A stretch of 32,470 nt of DNA, from contig JAEOTO010000023.1 in the NCBI GenBank assembly GCA_016839805.1, positions 1-32,470 on the forward strand, in the 5' to 3' direction. The notes beneath the pieces were generated by a model. The model saw nothing but the letters and a program-made list of their open reading frames with translations, made no database searches and had not been told where the DNA came from. Below are positions 1-8,571 of this stretch, piece by piece. A program made the translations under genes and the position numbers. How positions within the stretch are numbered: the first letter of the stretch is position 1; each line of letters opens with the position of its first letter. The stretch is from Candidatus Hermodarchaeota archaeon. GTDB taxonomy: Archaea > Asgardarchaeota > Hermodarchaeia > Hermodarchaeales > Hermodarchaeaceae.

Positions 1-554
1 AAAAAGATAGTCGATTAGCAATCTGGCACTCAGGTGGGGATTTTGAGCATATCCTAAAGGATTGGGGAGTCTTAGATTATGATGAATTTATCCATCGGTT
101 TGACCAATTAGATTTAGCAAAACGTGCCCAGATGATTGAGTCTGGTGAGATTCATCTTTTTGATGATGTTGATGCATTAGCTACCTTGCATAAAGAGTTT
201 AAGTTAGGGTTGGTGACGAATACCCCCCCAAATATTGCCTTATTGGAACTCGAAGCTTTTGGAATTAAAGAACACTTTGATGAATTGGTAATGTTGGGTA
301 CAGTTGAGCAACATATTGCAAAACCACACCCTGATGGATTCTTACGATGTCTTCAAAATCTTGAGGTTGGTCCCGAACACGCCGTCATGGTCGGAGATAG
401 TAGCAGTGATATCATTGGCGGAAATCGAGTGGGAATGAATACGGTGTTCATTCAACGCCCTGACCAACCGCTGCTGAGAAATCTAGAACTTCCCCCAGAC
501 CTGATTATCACTGACTTACATGAACTGAAGAGATTTTGTATTGAGTCGAGATAG
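1..554 (+). CDS. HAD-superfamily hydrolase (phosphoglycolate phosphatase-like), 5'-truncated by the window edge
   Basis: The frame is open from position 3, upstream of the listed ATG at 132. HAD motifs II-IV are present (LVTN, KPHPDG, MVGDSSSDIIGG). Motif I lies outside the window. Confidence 0.85.
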   Translation, partial: KDSRLAIWHSGGDFEHILKDWGVLDYDEFIHRFDQLDLAKRAQMIESGEIHLFDDVDALATLHKEFKLGLVTNTPPNIALLELEAFGIKEHFDELVMLGTVEQHIAKPHPDGFLRCLQNLEVGPEHAVMVGDSSSDIIGGNRVGMNTVFIQRPDQPLLRNLELPPDLIITDLHELKRFCIESR

Positions 555-558
555 TCTC

Positions 559-1974
559 TTATTCATCTGGACGCTGGATTATTTCTCCATATTCAACTAG
601 GGCAGCAATGCCCCGAGCACCCCTGAGTGGAAGATGATAGGCGGGAACACCAGCAACACGGAGCTTGTGCATGCGTTCTCGAATTTTCATAGTTGATGGG
701 ACAGATACCACGATAACTGGTTTTTTCCGTTGTTCTGATGCCTCAACAATTGCTTGACTCACTTGTTCTGCATCAAGAAGCGGTGTCATGAAAAGTGGAA
801 TAACGATGATGCCATCGATTTCATCACTATCAAGAAGTGTATTCATTGCAAAGGCAAATTGCTCAGCTGTTGCTGAACCAGTCAAGTCGATGGGATTCCG
901 AACAGAATAGAAGTAGGGTAGTTTTTCGTGTAAACGTTGCTGAAGTTTTTTTGAAAGCTCAGGAGCCTCTAGTCCATAATCTGCCAAAGCATCAAGGGTC
1001 ATTACACCAAAACCGCCACCACTCGTGATAACGGCAATTCGGTTACCCTTCGCAGGTGGTTGATTTGTTAGGGCTCTAGCCACATCGAAGAATTCACCAA
1101 TAGTTTTTACACGTATAACTCCTGCAGCTTCAAAAGCTGCATCATAAATGCGATCTGTCCCAGCCAGTGATCCTGTATGGCTTGAGACAGCTCGGGTTCC
1201 TGCTTCGCTCCTACCAGCTTTAATCACAATAATTGGTTTGACTTTGGATGCACGACGACAAATGTCAATAAATTTACGTCCTCGTGCAATAGATTCCAAG
1301 TAGAGACCGGTGACCTGGGTGTCCTCATCATCTTCGAGGTAGTCAATAAGATCGCCTTCATCGACATCAATCGCGTTACCGAAACTTGCGAATTTGCTGA
1401 AGCCAATTTTTTCATTATAGGCAAAGCTCATAACTGCACCCCCCACGGATCCAGATTGGGTGATAAATGAAATTCGACCCACACCAGGACGTGGGGTCGT
1501 GCTTGCAGGGAGAAACAGTGTATCGATATTACATTTGGGACTAAAAGTTCCTAAACAGTTAGGTCCTAGAATTCGAATATTCCCCTTCCTCGCGAGTTCT
1601 AATACCTTCTTCTCAAGTTTTACACCTTCAGGGCCAGTTTCGCGAAATCCACCAGACACGATTATGACATTCGGAATTTCCTTTTCGACACATCCTTCCA
1701 TAGCATGAAGAACATTTTTTGCGGGAATAACGATAATCGCGAGATCAATAGGACCTCCACAGTCTTTCAACGAGGCATAAGTTTTGATACCCAGGATATG
1801 ATATTTTTCCTTTGCAGCTTTGGGATTAATCAGATATAGTCGTCCAGGAAATTTGGCTGCGACCATTTGTTCGACGATGATGTGCCCGATGCGTCCTGGG
1901 CGTCGGGAAGCCCCGATAATGGCGATATTTCGGGGACTGAAGAAGCGGTCAATTTGGGTTTCAATTGAATCCAT
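559..1974 (-). CDS. acdA: Acetate/acyl-CoA ligase (ADP-forming) alpha subunit
   Basis: CoA-binding N-terminus (PRNIAIIGAS), GPNCLG, SQSG-like TQSGSVG, phospho-His motif SSHTGSLAG, ITSGGG and NPIDL. No ATP-grasp beta domain. ATG at 1974 preferred over GTG at 1986. Confidence 0.9.
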   Translation of the reverse strand: MDSIETQIDRFFSPRNIAIIGASRRPGRIGHIIVEQMVAAKFPGRLYLINPKAAKEKYHILGIKTYASLKDCGGPIDLAIIVIPAKNVLHAMEGCVEKEIPNVIIVSGGFRETGPEGVKLEKKVLELARKGNIRILGPNCLGTFSPKCNIDTLFLPASTTPRPGVGRISFITQSGSVGGAVMSFAYNEKIGFSKFASFGNAIDVDEGDLIDYLEDDEDTQVTGLYLESIARGRKFIDICRRASKVKPIIVIKAGRSEAGTRAVSSHTGSLAGTDRIYDAAFEAAGVIRVKTIGEFFDVARALTNQPPAKGNRIAVITSGGGFGVMTLDALADYGLEAPELSKKLQQRLHEKLPYFYSVRNPIDLTGSATAEQFAFAMNTLLDSDEIDGIIVIPLFMTPLLDAEQVSQAIVEASEQRKKPVIVVSVPSTMKIRERMHKLRVAGVPAYHLPLRGARGIAALVEYGEIIQRPDE

Positions 1975-2143
1975 GTATACCCACACACAAATGGAATAAT
2001 CAGCTAATTTTGATTAATGAACTAGTAACCTTATCTCAAAAGAGGTGCATGTAAATAAATTAATGCCCTGATGTGTAACAAGAAGGTTAATTTTGGGGAT
2101 TCGATGAGTGTCACCCAATTATTGTGTTAAATAATTAGGTTGA

Positions 2144-3343
2144 ATGAAGATGTCTCACCGAATGGAACCTGATAAAGTCCTTGTTCGCTATGGTGAAATT
2201 GGGCTTAAGAGCCCTGGAATTCGCCGTCATTTTGAAAATCTTCTCCGTAAGCATATCAAAGAATTTTTAACACGAAAGGAAATCCATTTCAGTAAAATTA
2301 CACGGGATCGAGGACGGTTCTTCATTCATACCTCTCAACCACAGGAGGCGACGGATGCTTCAGCAAATATTTTTGGTATAGTTTCTGCGAGCCCCGTTTG
2401 GACATCTCCTTCACGCTTTGAAGAAATTATTACACTTATCGGTGCCCTAACACCTCAGCTCTTACATGACAAACAGACGTTTGCAGTTCGAGCACGTCGC
2501 CTTAAAACATATCCATATTCTAGCCCAGAAATTGCTGCTCAAGTTGGTGCGAAAATCATTGAAGCAGCAACAGCTGTGAATGAATCAGTGCATGTGGATT
2601 TGGATAATCCTGATGTTGAAGTACATGTCGAAGTCCGTCAGAAATCGGCATTTATCTTTACACAGATTATCAAAGGACCAGGTGGGCTTCCCTATGGATC
2701 ACAAGGGGTTGTGTTGGGGCTTCATTCCGGCGGCTTGGATAGTCCGGTCGCCGAGTGGTTAATGATGAAACGAGGAGCCCATGTCATCCCACTGTATTTT
2801 GACGCAGCACCTCCTACAGAAAAGCAGTTTGTAGAACGTGCCATCAAATCTGCTCAAATACTCACGGAATGGATTCCCGAAAAGAAAGTGGAATTACAAG
2901 TCATCCCTTTTCATGAGATATTGAAACGTCTCCAAATACCAAAGTATCGAAAACTAACTTGTATTTTATGTAAACGAATGATGTATCGTATTGGAGCTAT
3001 GGTGGCAGCCCAAGAGAAGGCATACGCGCTAGTAACTGGTGAAACACTTGGGCAAGTTGCTTCGCAGACCCTTGCGAATTTGGCAATTCTCGATTCCGTG
3101 GTAACACTTCCAATTTTTCGTCCCTTGATTGGGATGGATAAGACTGAAACGATGACTCTTGCCAGAAGAATCGGGACCTTCCAGGTATCTAGTCAGGATG
3201 CCGGAGAATGTTTTGCTGTGCCCTCCCAACCCTCTATAGCTGCTACATTAGTAGATGTTCATGAAGCTGAATCTCAACTACCGATCGAAGAGATGGTTCT
3301 AGAAGCAGTAAACAGTCTTAAACGGTTATCCCTGGCACAATAG
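2144..3343 (+). CDS. thiI: tRNA 4-thiouridine(8) synthase ThiI (THUMP + PP-loop; archaeal Fe-S type, no rhodanese domain)
   Basis: VRYGEIGLKS, THUMP domain (TFAVRARR, VDLDNPD), GPGGLP, PP-loop SGGLDSPVA, CILCKR, GQVASQTL, RPLIG and a C-terminal Cys (GECF). Confidence 0.95.
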   Translation: MKMSHRMEPDKVLVRYGEIGLKSPGIRRHFENLLRKHIKEFLTRKEIHFSKITRDRGRFFIHTSQPQEATDASANIFGIVSASPVWTSPSRFEEIITLIGALTPQLLHDKQTFAVRARRLKTYPYSSPEIAAQVGAKIIEAATAVNESVHVDLDNPDVEVHVEVRQKSAFIFTQIIKGPGGLPYGSQGVVLGLHSGGLDSPVAEWLMMKRGAHVIPLYFDAAPPTEKQFVERAIKSAQILTEWIPEKKVELQVIPFHEILKRLQIPKYRKLTCILCKRMMYRIGAMVAAQEKAYALVTGETLGQVASQTLANLAILDSVVTLPIFRPLIGMDKTETMTLARRIGTFQVSSQDAGECFAVPSQPSIAATLVDVHEAESQLPIEEMVLEAVNSLKRLSLAQ

Positions 3344-3449
3344 AATAATTTAATTGTAAGAAGAAAAGAAATAGAAAAAATAGAGACACTGTTAGGTAAA
3401 CAGCAAACCCAGCAACCTAACGATAGACTACCGAATTAGTTGACAAATT

Positions 3450-4139
3450 ATGTCAAAAAAAGCAATGGGTCGCGTTTTGAATCGTTATGAAATAGATCAA
3501 CGTATCGTCGAGGTCATCACGCTGAATCCCCAATCGACCATCGATCAAATCGCCAAGGAGACAGGATTGAGTTATACTGCTGTCCGTAATAGCCTCCAAC
3601 GCCTTATGAGTCTGGGTGTGGTCGATGAAAGTTATGAGTCTGAGGGACCTGCCCGTCGAGGTCGACCAGCCGCGTATTTCCAAATTGATAAAGGTCTTCA
3701 TATCGTCATTCCTCCACGGCAATTTCAGCACCTTGCATTGACCATAATCGATCAACTCGTTCAAGAAGAAGGACCTGAACATGTAGCTGGTCTGTTAGAT
3801 CGCGCGGCCCAATTACAGGTTAACCGAATGGTCAGAAACTGGGAAGAAGAGAAAACGGTGCCGAAAAATCTTGTACAAATGTTGGATCGGATCTGCGAGT
3901 ACATTAATGAACAGGGTTGCTTTGCCAAACACGTAGCACACAAAAAGGGATTTTATATCCAAGTCAGTAACTGTATTTATGACAAGATTGCCTCAGCTTA
4001 TCCAGGAACCATCTGCCGATACCATGAGAGCCTCATTACCAATCTTATTCAACATCATGATGACTCGATAACTATCTCTCACGAGAAAGCCATGGCTGAT
4101 GGCGCCGACCACTGCCTTTATGCCATCATCTCCGTTTAA
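3450..4139 (+). CDS. Winged-HTH transcriptional regulator, ArsR/SufR-like (COG2345 type), with a Cys-containing C-terminal sensor domain
   Basis: HTH (TIDQIAKETGLSYTAVRNSLQRL), wing RRGRPA, and C-terminal NC...IC...GADHC pattern. Confidence 0.8.
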   Translation: MSKKAMGRVLNRYEIDQRIVEVITLNPQSTIDQIAKETGLSYTAVRNSLQRLMSLGVVDESYESEGPARRGRPAAYFQIDKGLHIVIPPRQFQHLALTIIDQLVQEEGPEHVAGLLDRAAQLQVNRMVRNWEEEKTVPKNLVQMLDRICEYINEQGCFAKHVAHKKGFYIQVSNCIYDKIASAYPGTICRYHESLITNLIQHHDDSITISHEKAMADGADHCLYAIISV

Positions 4140-4154
4140 TCTATTCAGTGAATT

Positions 4155-4185
4155 ATAACTTGTTGACGGTAAGTTATCCTTTTAA
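4155..4185 (+). promoter_or_regulatory. Inverted repeat ATAACTT-N9-AAGTTAT directly upstream of a TATA-like TTTTAA; candidate operator/promoter of the SCP2 gene
   Basis: Perfect 7-bp arms at 4155-4161 and 4171-4177; TTTTAA at 4180-4185; RBS AGGTGA at 4231-4236. Confidence 0.5.
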
Positions 4186-4242
4186 GCAAAAACCCCCTCA
4201 ACATTGACAGAATCTCCTACATTCAAGATTAGGTGAACACTA

Positions 4243-4563
4243 TTGGTTGATACTCCAAAAGAAGGCTTAGAAGCCATGGTCGGAACCTTCGACTCCGCAG
4301 CCGCCGCGGGCTGGAACTGCGTTATCGAAATGGACATCCAAGGTGACCAGAAATACAACATCACCATCACAGACCAGAAAATTAACTGGGGCGAAGGCCC
4401 TGCTGACAAAGCAGACCTCATCATCACTATCAGCAAAGACGATTGGATGGCCATCTCTAACGGCCAGCTTAATGCGGTCGCAGCCTTCATGTCCGGGAAG
4501 CTCAAGAGTCAAGGCGACATGAGCCACCTCATGAAACTGCAAAGCGTCTTCAAGCTCGGCTAA
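4243..4563 (+). CDS. Stand-alone SCP2 (sterol carrier protein 2-like) lipid-binding domain protein
   Basis: Typical SCP2 signature FD..AA.G...ADLIITIS.DDW..I..G.LN...AFMSGKLK..GDM..LMKL. TTG start with RBS AGGTGA. Confidence 0.9.
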   Translation: MVDTPKEGLEAMVGTFDSAAAAGWNCVIEMDIQGDQKYNITITDQKINWGEGPADKADLIITISKDDWMAISNGQLNAVAAFMSGKLKSQGDMSHLMKLQSVFKLG

Positions 4564-4598
4564 AGCGAATCGAAGCTCCACATTTTTACAATTGCCAA

Positions 4599-4639
4599 GG
4601 GGGTGGCCAATCACCACCCTCCTGCGCCTATTTTCTTCC
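4599..4639 (+). terminator. GC-rich hairpin followed by a pyrimidine tract downstream of SCP2
   Basis: GGGGGTGG (4599-4606) pairs with CCACCCTC (4614-4621, one G-U), 7-nt loop, then TATTTTCTTCC. Confidence 0.45.
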
Positions 4640-4760
4640 TAATCCATACTCCACAACAGTCCACTCCCACATAATAAACCTACAAATCCTAACCACACAC
4701 AGGGTGGAGAGGGGAGTTACCAGAGGGGAGAGGAGGGGGGGATTATACAACGACGAGGAA

Positions 4761-4976
4761 TTAAACACCTACATGACCCTGGGTTTTCGCCGAATTACGT
4801 TGATTGAAGTAAAGTGCGAATATGACTGTTATAATGGCGAATCCAAAGCAGAGATAACCTATGATTAGGACCATCAGGGGTGAAAAGGGGAGATAGGAAC
4901 CTATCAGCAGCACCAGGGAGCCAACAATGGCAAAGGCAATGGCACCATAGACTAGTTTTGCAGCTGAGGAAGCCAT
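4761..4976 (-). CDS. Small two-TM membrane protein, hypothetical
   Basis: 71 aa with two hydrophobic segments; GGTGA RBS upstream; 25 bp after the aminotransferase stop codon. Confidence 0.7.
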   Translation of the reverse strand: MASSAAKLVYGAIAFAIVGSLVLLIGSYLPFSPLMVLIIGYLCFGFAIITVIFALYFNQRNSAKTQGHVGV

Positions 4977-5001
4977 TCAGAATCACCAACTAGACTAGTG
5001 A

Positions 5002-6345
5002 TTATTTCACGCCTTTAACGGCTTTTCCGAATCGTTCGATGGCGATATCAATTTGTTCAGCAGTGATGTTAAGAGGGGGTAGGAACCGAATAGAATTACG
5101 ACCACTTCCAATTATCCACAGCTGTTGTTTTTTCACACAATTGGAAAGGATTGCTTCACGACGTTTGGGATCAATATTATTGGTTTTACGATCTGTGACG
5201 ATTTCAACAGCACACATTAAACCTCGACCCCGAACGTCGCCGATAAATTTGCTTGTTTCCTGGATTTCAAGGAGGCCTTTTCGGAGTTGTTTGCCACGTG
5301 TTTCTGCATTTTCAACGAGCCGATCACTTTCAATAGTGCGGAGAACAGAAAGTGAGATTAAAGCAATATAGGGTTCACCACCAAAGGTTTCGGAGTGGCG
5401 GCTAAAATCAGTGAACATAGGTTTAGGTCCAATCGCGGCTCCGAATGGAAAGCCACCCCCTAAAGCTTTAGCCGTGCAGATATAATCAGGAACAACATCA
5501 GCATGCTCGATTCCCCACCAGCGACCCGTACGCCCTAGTCCAGCTTGAACTTCATCACTGATGATTTTGGATTCAAGTTCATCGGCAAGCACTCGAAGCG
5601 CCTTAAGGAATTTAATTGGTGCAGGAATGATGCCCCCTTCCCCACATATGGGTTCAATGGCAATCGCGGCGATATCAGTACCACCATATTGAAGACTATC
5701 TCGTAGGTACTGTAGACATTCCAGGTTACAGGTGTCTTCATGTTGTCCAAAGGGGCAACGGAAGCAGTAAGGATAGGGACCCCGAATGACATCTAACCCT
5801 TGGGGGTAGTAGTCCTTATGCACATGTTTACTCGCCGTCAGAGCCAAGGAATAACCTGTCCGACCATGGAAGGCTGGTCGAAAAGCAACAAATCGAAACC
5901 GATGTGACGTATCCATCACGGATTTCACAGCGGATTCAACCGCTCGACCACCACTCGTTGTGAAAAATACCTCTTTTTCATGATCACCAGGAGTCAACCC
6001 AATTAACCGCTCTGCTAAAAGAGTCTGGGGAATCACGTCAAAGTCTTGTCCGGGAACTTCTCGTAAGTATCCTTGGATGCGTTGTTCAAAATCCTGAATT
6101 ACAGTATTACGAAACCCAAGAGCTCGAACGGCCACACCAGCCGTCATATCAAGATATTGGTTTCCCTTTAAATCATAAATCCACGGACCTTCGCCTTGTG
6201 TATGATCTACAACGGGATAGATATCTCGACTTTGTGTCGTTTTTGCAATAGCTTGTGCCGAACGTTCAAGCCATTCCTTATTACTCCGAGATATTTGTAA
6301 ATCAGGACAGAGTTCTTTCAGTAACTCTTCAGCGTCTCGTTTCAT
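5002..6345 (-). CDS. Class III PLP-dependent aminotransferase (4-aminobutyrate/ornithine/lysine type)
   Basis: YLDM, AFHGRT, IEPICGEGG, DEVQAGLGRTG, catalytic AKALGGG, VRGRGLM, IRFLPPL. The GGTGG RBS spacing fits ATG 6345 better than TTG 6354. Confidence 0.9.
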   Translation of the reverse strand: MKRDAEELLKELCPDLQISRSNKEWLERSAQAIAKTTQSRDIYPVVDHTQGEGPWIYDLKGNQYLDMTAGVAVRALGFRNTVIQDFEQRIQGYLREVPGQDFDVIPQTLLAERLIGLTPGDHEKEVFFTTSGGRAVESAVKSVMDTSHRFRFVAFRPAFHGRTGYSLALTASKHVHKDYYPQGLDVIRGPYPYCFRCPFGQHEDTCNLECLQYLRDSLQYGGTDIAAIAIEPICGEGGIIPAPIKFLKALRVLADELESKIISDEVQAGLGRTGRWWGIEHADVVPDYICTAKALGGGFPFGAAIGPKPMFTDFSRHSETFGGEPYIALISLSVLRTIESDRLVENAETRGKQLRKGLLEIQETSKFIGDVRGRGLMCAVEIVTDRKTNNIDPKRREAILSNCVKKQQLWIIGSGRNSIRFLPPLNITAEQIDIAIERFGKAVKGVK

Positions 6346-6477
6346 CTTCGCCAAGCCACCATATGTCTATACTTGCGATAAGGGATTAACTAGCTCTATT
6401 TAAGTAATAGCTACCTGTAAGAAACTTTTATTCCATTGCCAACTGTCAAAGAGAAGGTTTGTTTTCTAATTAAAAGT

Positions 6478-6918
6478 TCACTTCTCAGGTAATGGACTCA
6501 ATGTGTGTTTATCCACTTTCTTGACAAGTTTGGATTCTAGTCTTGGTTTTAAATAACGCTCACTAAGAAGGTTACTGATGAGACCAATGAAGAAAAATGC
6601 AAACAAACATTGGAATAGTGCTAAAGTAAAAACGGGATAGGGCGTCCAAAATGGACCATATTGCCATAAGACATAATTAAAAATGACTAAGAAAACGAAC
6701 AATACAAGAAATTGTGTCAATCCTTTTCGTTCCACATGAACATCAACATAAACGCCAAGTGGCATGAATGGAGCAACTAAAAGAGCAAGTCCAATTGTCC
6801 AGATTGTGTTAGTTAAGAAAGCAAATGCTGTGATTAGTATCAGGAATACGAGTAAAACAAAGATAATAAATGAAAACTGTTGTGTGCTCATGTTCTCCAC
6901 GAAATCATTCCTTGACAT
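6478..6918 (-). CDS. Hypothetical membrane protein (~4 TM)
   Basis: Four hydrophobic stretches, basic C-terminal tail, GAGGGAG RBS upstream. Confidence 0.7.
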   Translation of the reverse strand: MSRNDFVENMSTQQFSFIIFVLLVFLILITAFAFLTNTIWTIGLALLVAPFMPLGVYVDVHVERKGLTQFLVLFVFLVIFNYVLWQYGPFWTPYPVFTLALFQCLFAFFFIGLISNLLSERYLKPRLESKLVKKVDKHTLSPLPEK

Positions 6919-6988
6919 AAGTACTCCCTCTGAAAAGACTTTATGAGCACAGCACTAAAAAGTTGTACCAATTGTTAATACCGTTTAG

Positions 6989-8500
6989 ATGTTCAGGGTA
7001 TATGCCATGTCACCTAGATCCCGAGTGCTAGCGATATTTTACTTTTCAAGTGGACTGGCCATTTTAGCAACTGGCATGATCATTGAATTTCTTTTCGCAG
7101 TTGTTTTACATAGTACGATCATGCAGGCTCTATGGGTGAATGGTGGATTTCATATCCTTTTTATTGTGTTTTTCGGAACTGGACTCTATTTCCTACGGAG
7201 AGGTATCCTCGGATATTGGCGATTTCGTTATGATAGCATAATTTATCTAATCGCTGCTATGATTCTGTTCGCATCTGCGATTCAAACAATATTTAGTTTT
7301 CAAGTAGGACACCCCTATCTTTACCTAGCAGATACAAATCCAATTCTAATGTATATGTTGTGGATATTTGTTCTTCCACCTTTGAATCCGTTAGTTATGA
7401 CATTTTTGAGCTTTGGTTTATGCCTAATAGCCTGGATAAACTTTCGATACAATGGACAAGAATCCCATTTTGAGGAAATTTCTGAAGTAGAAACAAAAAA
7501 ATTCCAATCCTTGCAAAGATGGCAGATTCTAGTGCAATTGACACGGATTTCGGTATGGCTGGGTTCAATTTTATTGCTAACACTCGCATTCCTTATTCTC
7601 GGTGGACCCCCATTAAGCCAACCTCCTTTACTAAGACTAAGTGATCCCTTCACATGGTTACGTTTAATTTGGGCGATTTTTGCAGCGACTTTATTGAATT
7701 CTGGAATCTTCATTATCAATCAATTAGGAGATATGGATACAGATCAGTTTCATCCTGAAAAGTCACAACTTCCTATTAGCAGTGGATACATTTCCTTTAA
7801 GCAAGGACTATTCATTGCAGCAGTATGTATTCTAGCTGGTCTCGCCTTAGCATTGTTACTAGTGGGGTTTGGGTTCTTCATCATACTAAGTTTCATCATT
7901 GTCTTTGGAATTCTATATTCGTTTTCTCCTATTCGTTTGAAAAGTCGCCCCTTTGTAGACTTGTTGATGATTGGAATTGCTTTTGGGTCTTGGTCTGTGA
8001 TGGCAGCTTGGGCGATATTGTTCTTTTTACCACAGCTTCCACTAGCTCTGATTATTGGACCTGCACTCTTTTATGCAGGAACTCATGGTGTGCATACTGT
8101 ATCAGATTATCAAGCAGACTCTCAAGCAGGAGTTCGGACTACGGCGATCTTTTTGGGTCCTAAACGAACAAGCAGGCTAGGCATTCTACTCATCGCGTTA
8201 GGTTTTCTTTGTTTATACATTACAGTAGGGTTTTACACGCACTTATTTTGGTATGGAATCCTCAAATACAAGAGTATCTTCCTGTTGATCTTTTGTGGAC
8301 TTCCCTTTCTTGCGTTACTCCAGCTTTATCGAAAATGGCAGTGGCCTGGAAAAGTCAATGCGAAGTCTATTCATTGGTTACAAAAGAAGGGGCGAAGGGT
8401 TGCTTATTTGCTATTTCTAATTCTTTTGATCTATCTTTTTCTCTATGTATTTCTCTTCTATCCCGTGTATTATCCAAACTACAATTTTCCTTGGAGTTAG
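6989..8500 (+). CDS. UbiA-superfamily prenyltransferase with an extra N-terminal ~4-TM domain
   Basis: NQLGDMDTD (NxxxDxxxD), YSFSPIRLKSRPFVD, SDYQADSQAGVRTTAIFLG (DxxxD); 503 aa versus ~300 aa for a typical UbiA protein. Confidence 0.85.
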   Translation: MFRVYAMSPRSRVLAIFYFSSGLAILATGMIIEFLFAVVLHSTIMQALWVNGGFHILFIVFFGTGLYFLRRGILGYWRFRYDSIIYLIAAMILFASAIQTIFSFQVGHPYLYLADTNPILMYMLWIFVLPPLNPLVMTFLSFGLCLIAWINFRYNGQESHFEEISEVETKKFQSLQRWQILVQLTRISVWLGSILLLTLAFLILGGPPLSQPPLLRLSDPFTWLRLIWAIFAATLLNSGIFIINQLGDMDTDQFHPEKSQLPISSGYISFKQGLFIAAVCILAGLALALLLVGFGFFIILSFIIVFGILYSFSPIRLKSRPFVDLLMIGIAFGSWSVMAAWAILFFLPQLPLALIIGPALFYAGTHGVHTVSDYQADSQAGVRTTAIFLGPKRTSRLGILLIALGFLCLYITVGFYTHLFWYGILKYKSIFLLIFCGLPFLALLQLYRKWQWPGKVNAKSIHWLQKKGRRVAYLLFLILLIYLFLYVFLFYPVYYPNYNFPWS

Positions 8501-8571
8501 CAGTTAGTTTAGACATATTGAAATAAAGCATCAACCACTAGGCTCTTTGTATTCATTCAACCTTGTAGAGT

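Noticed and set aside
1996-2136. Short AT-rich inverted repeats between acdA and thiI (TAATCA/TGATTA, AATTATT/AATAATT)
   Set aside because: Low-complexity 6-7-bp arms are expected by chance in AT-rich intergenic DNA.
4182-4617. Two antisense ORFs over SCP2 (107 and 116 aa)
   Set aside because: Shadow ORFs, probably favoured by the biased codon usage of SCP2.
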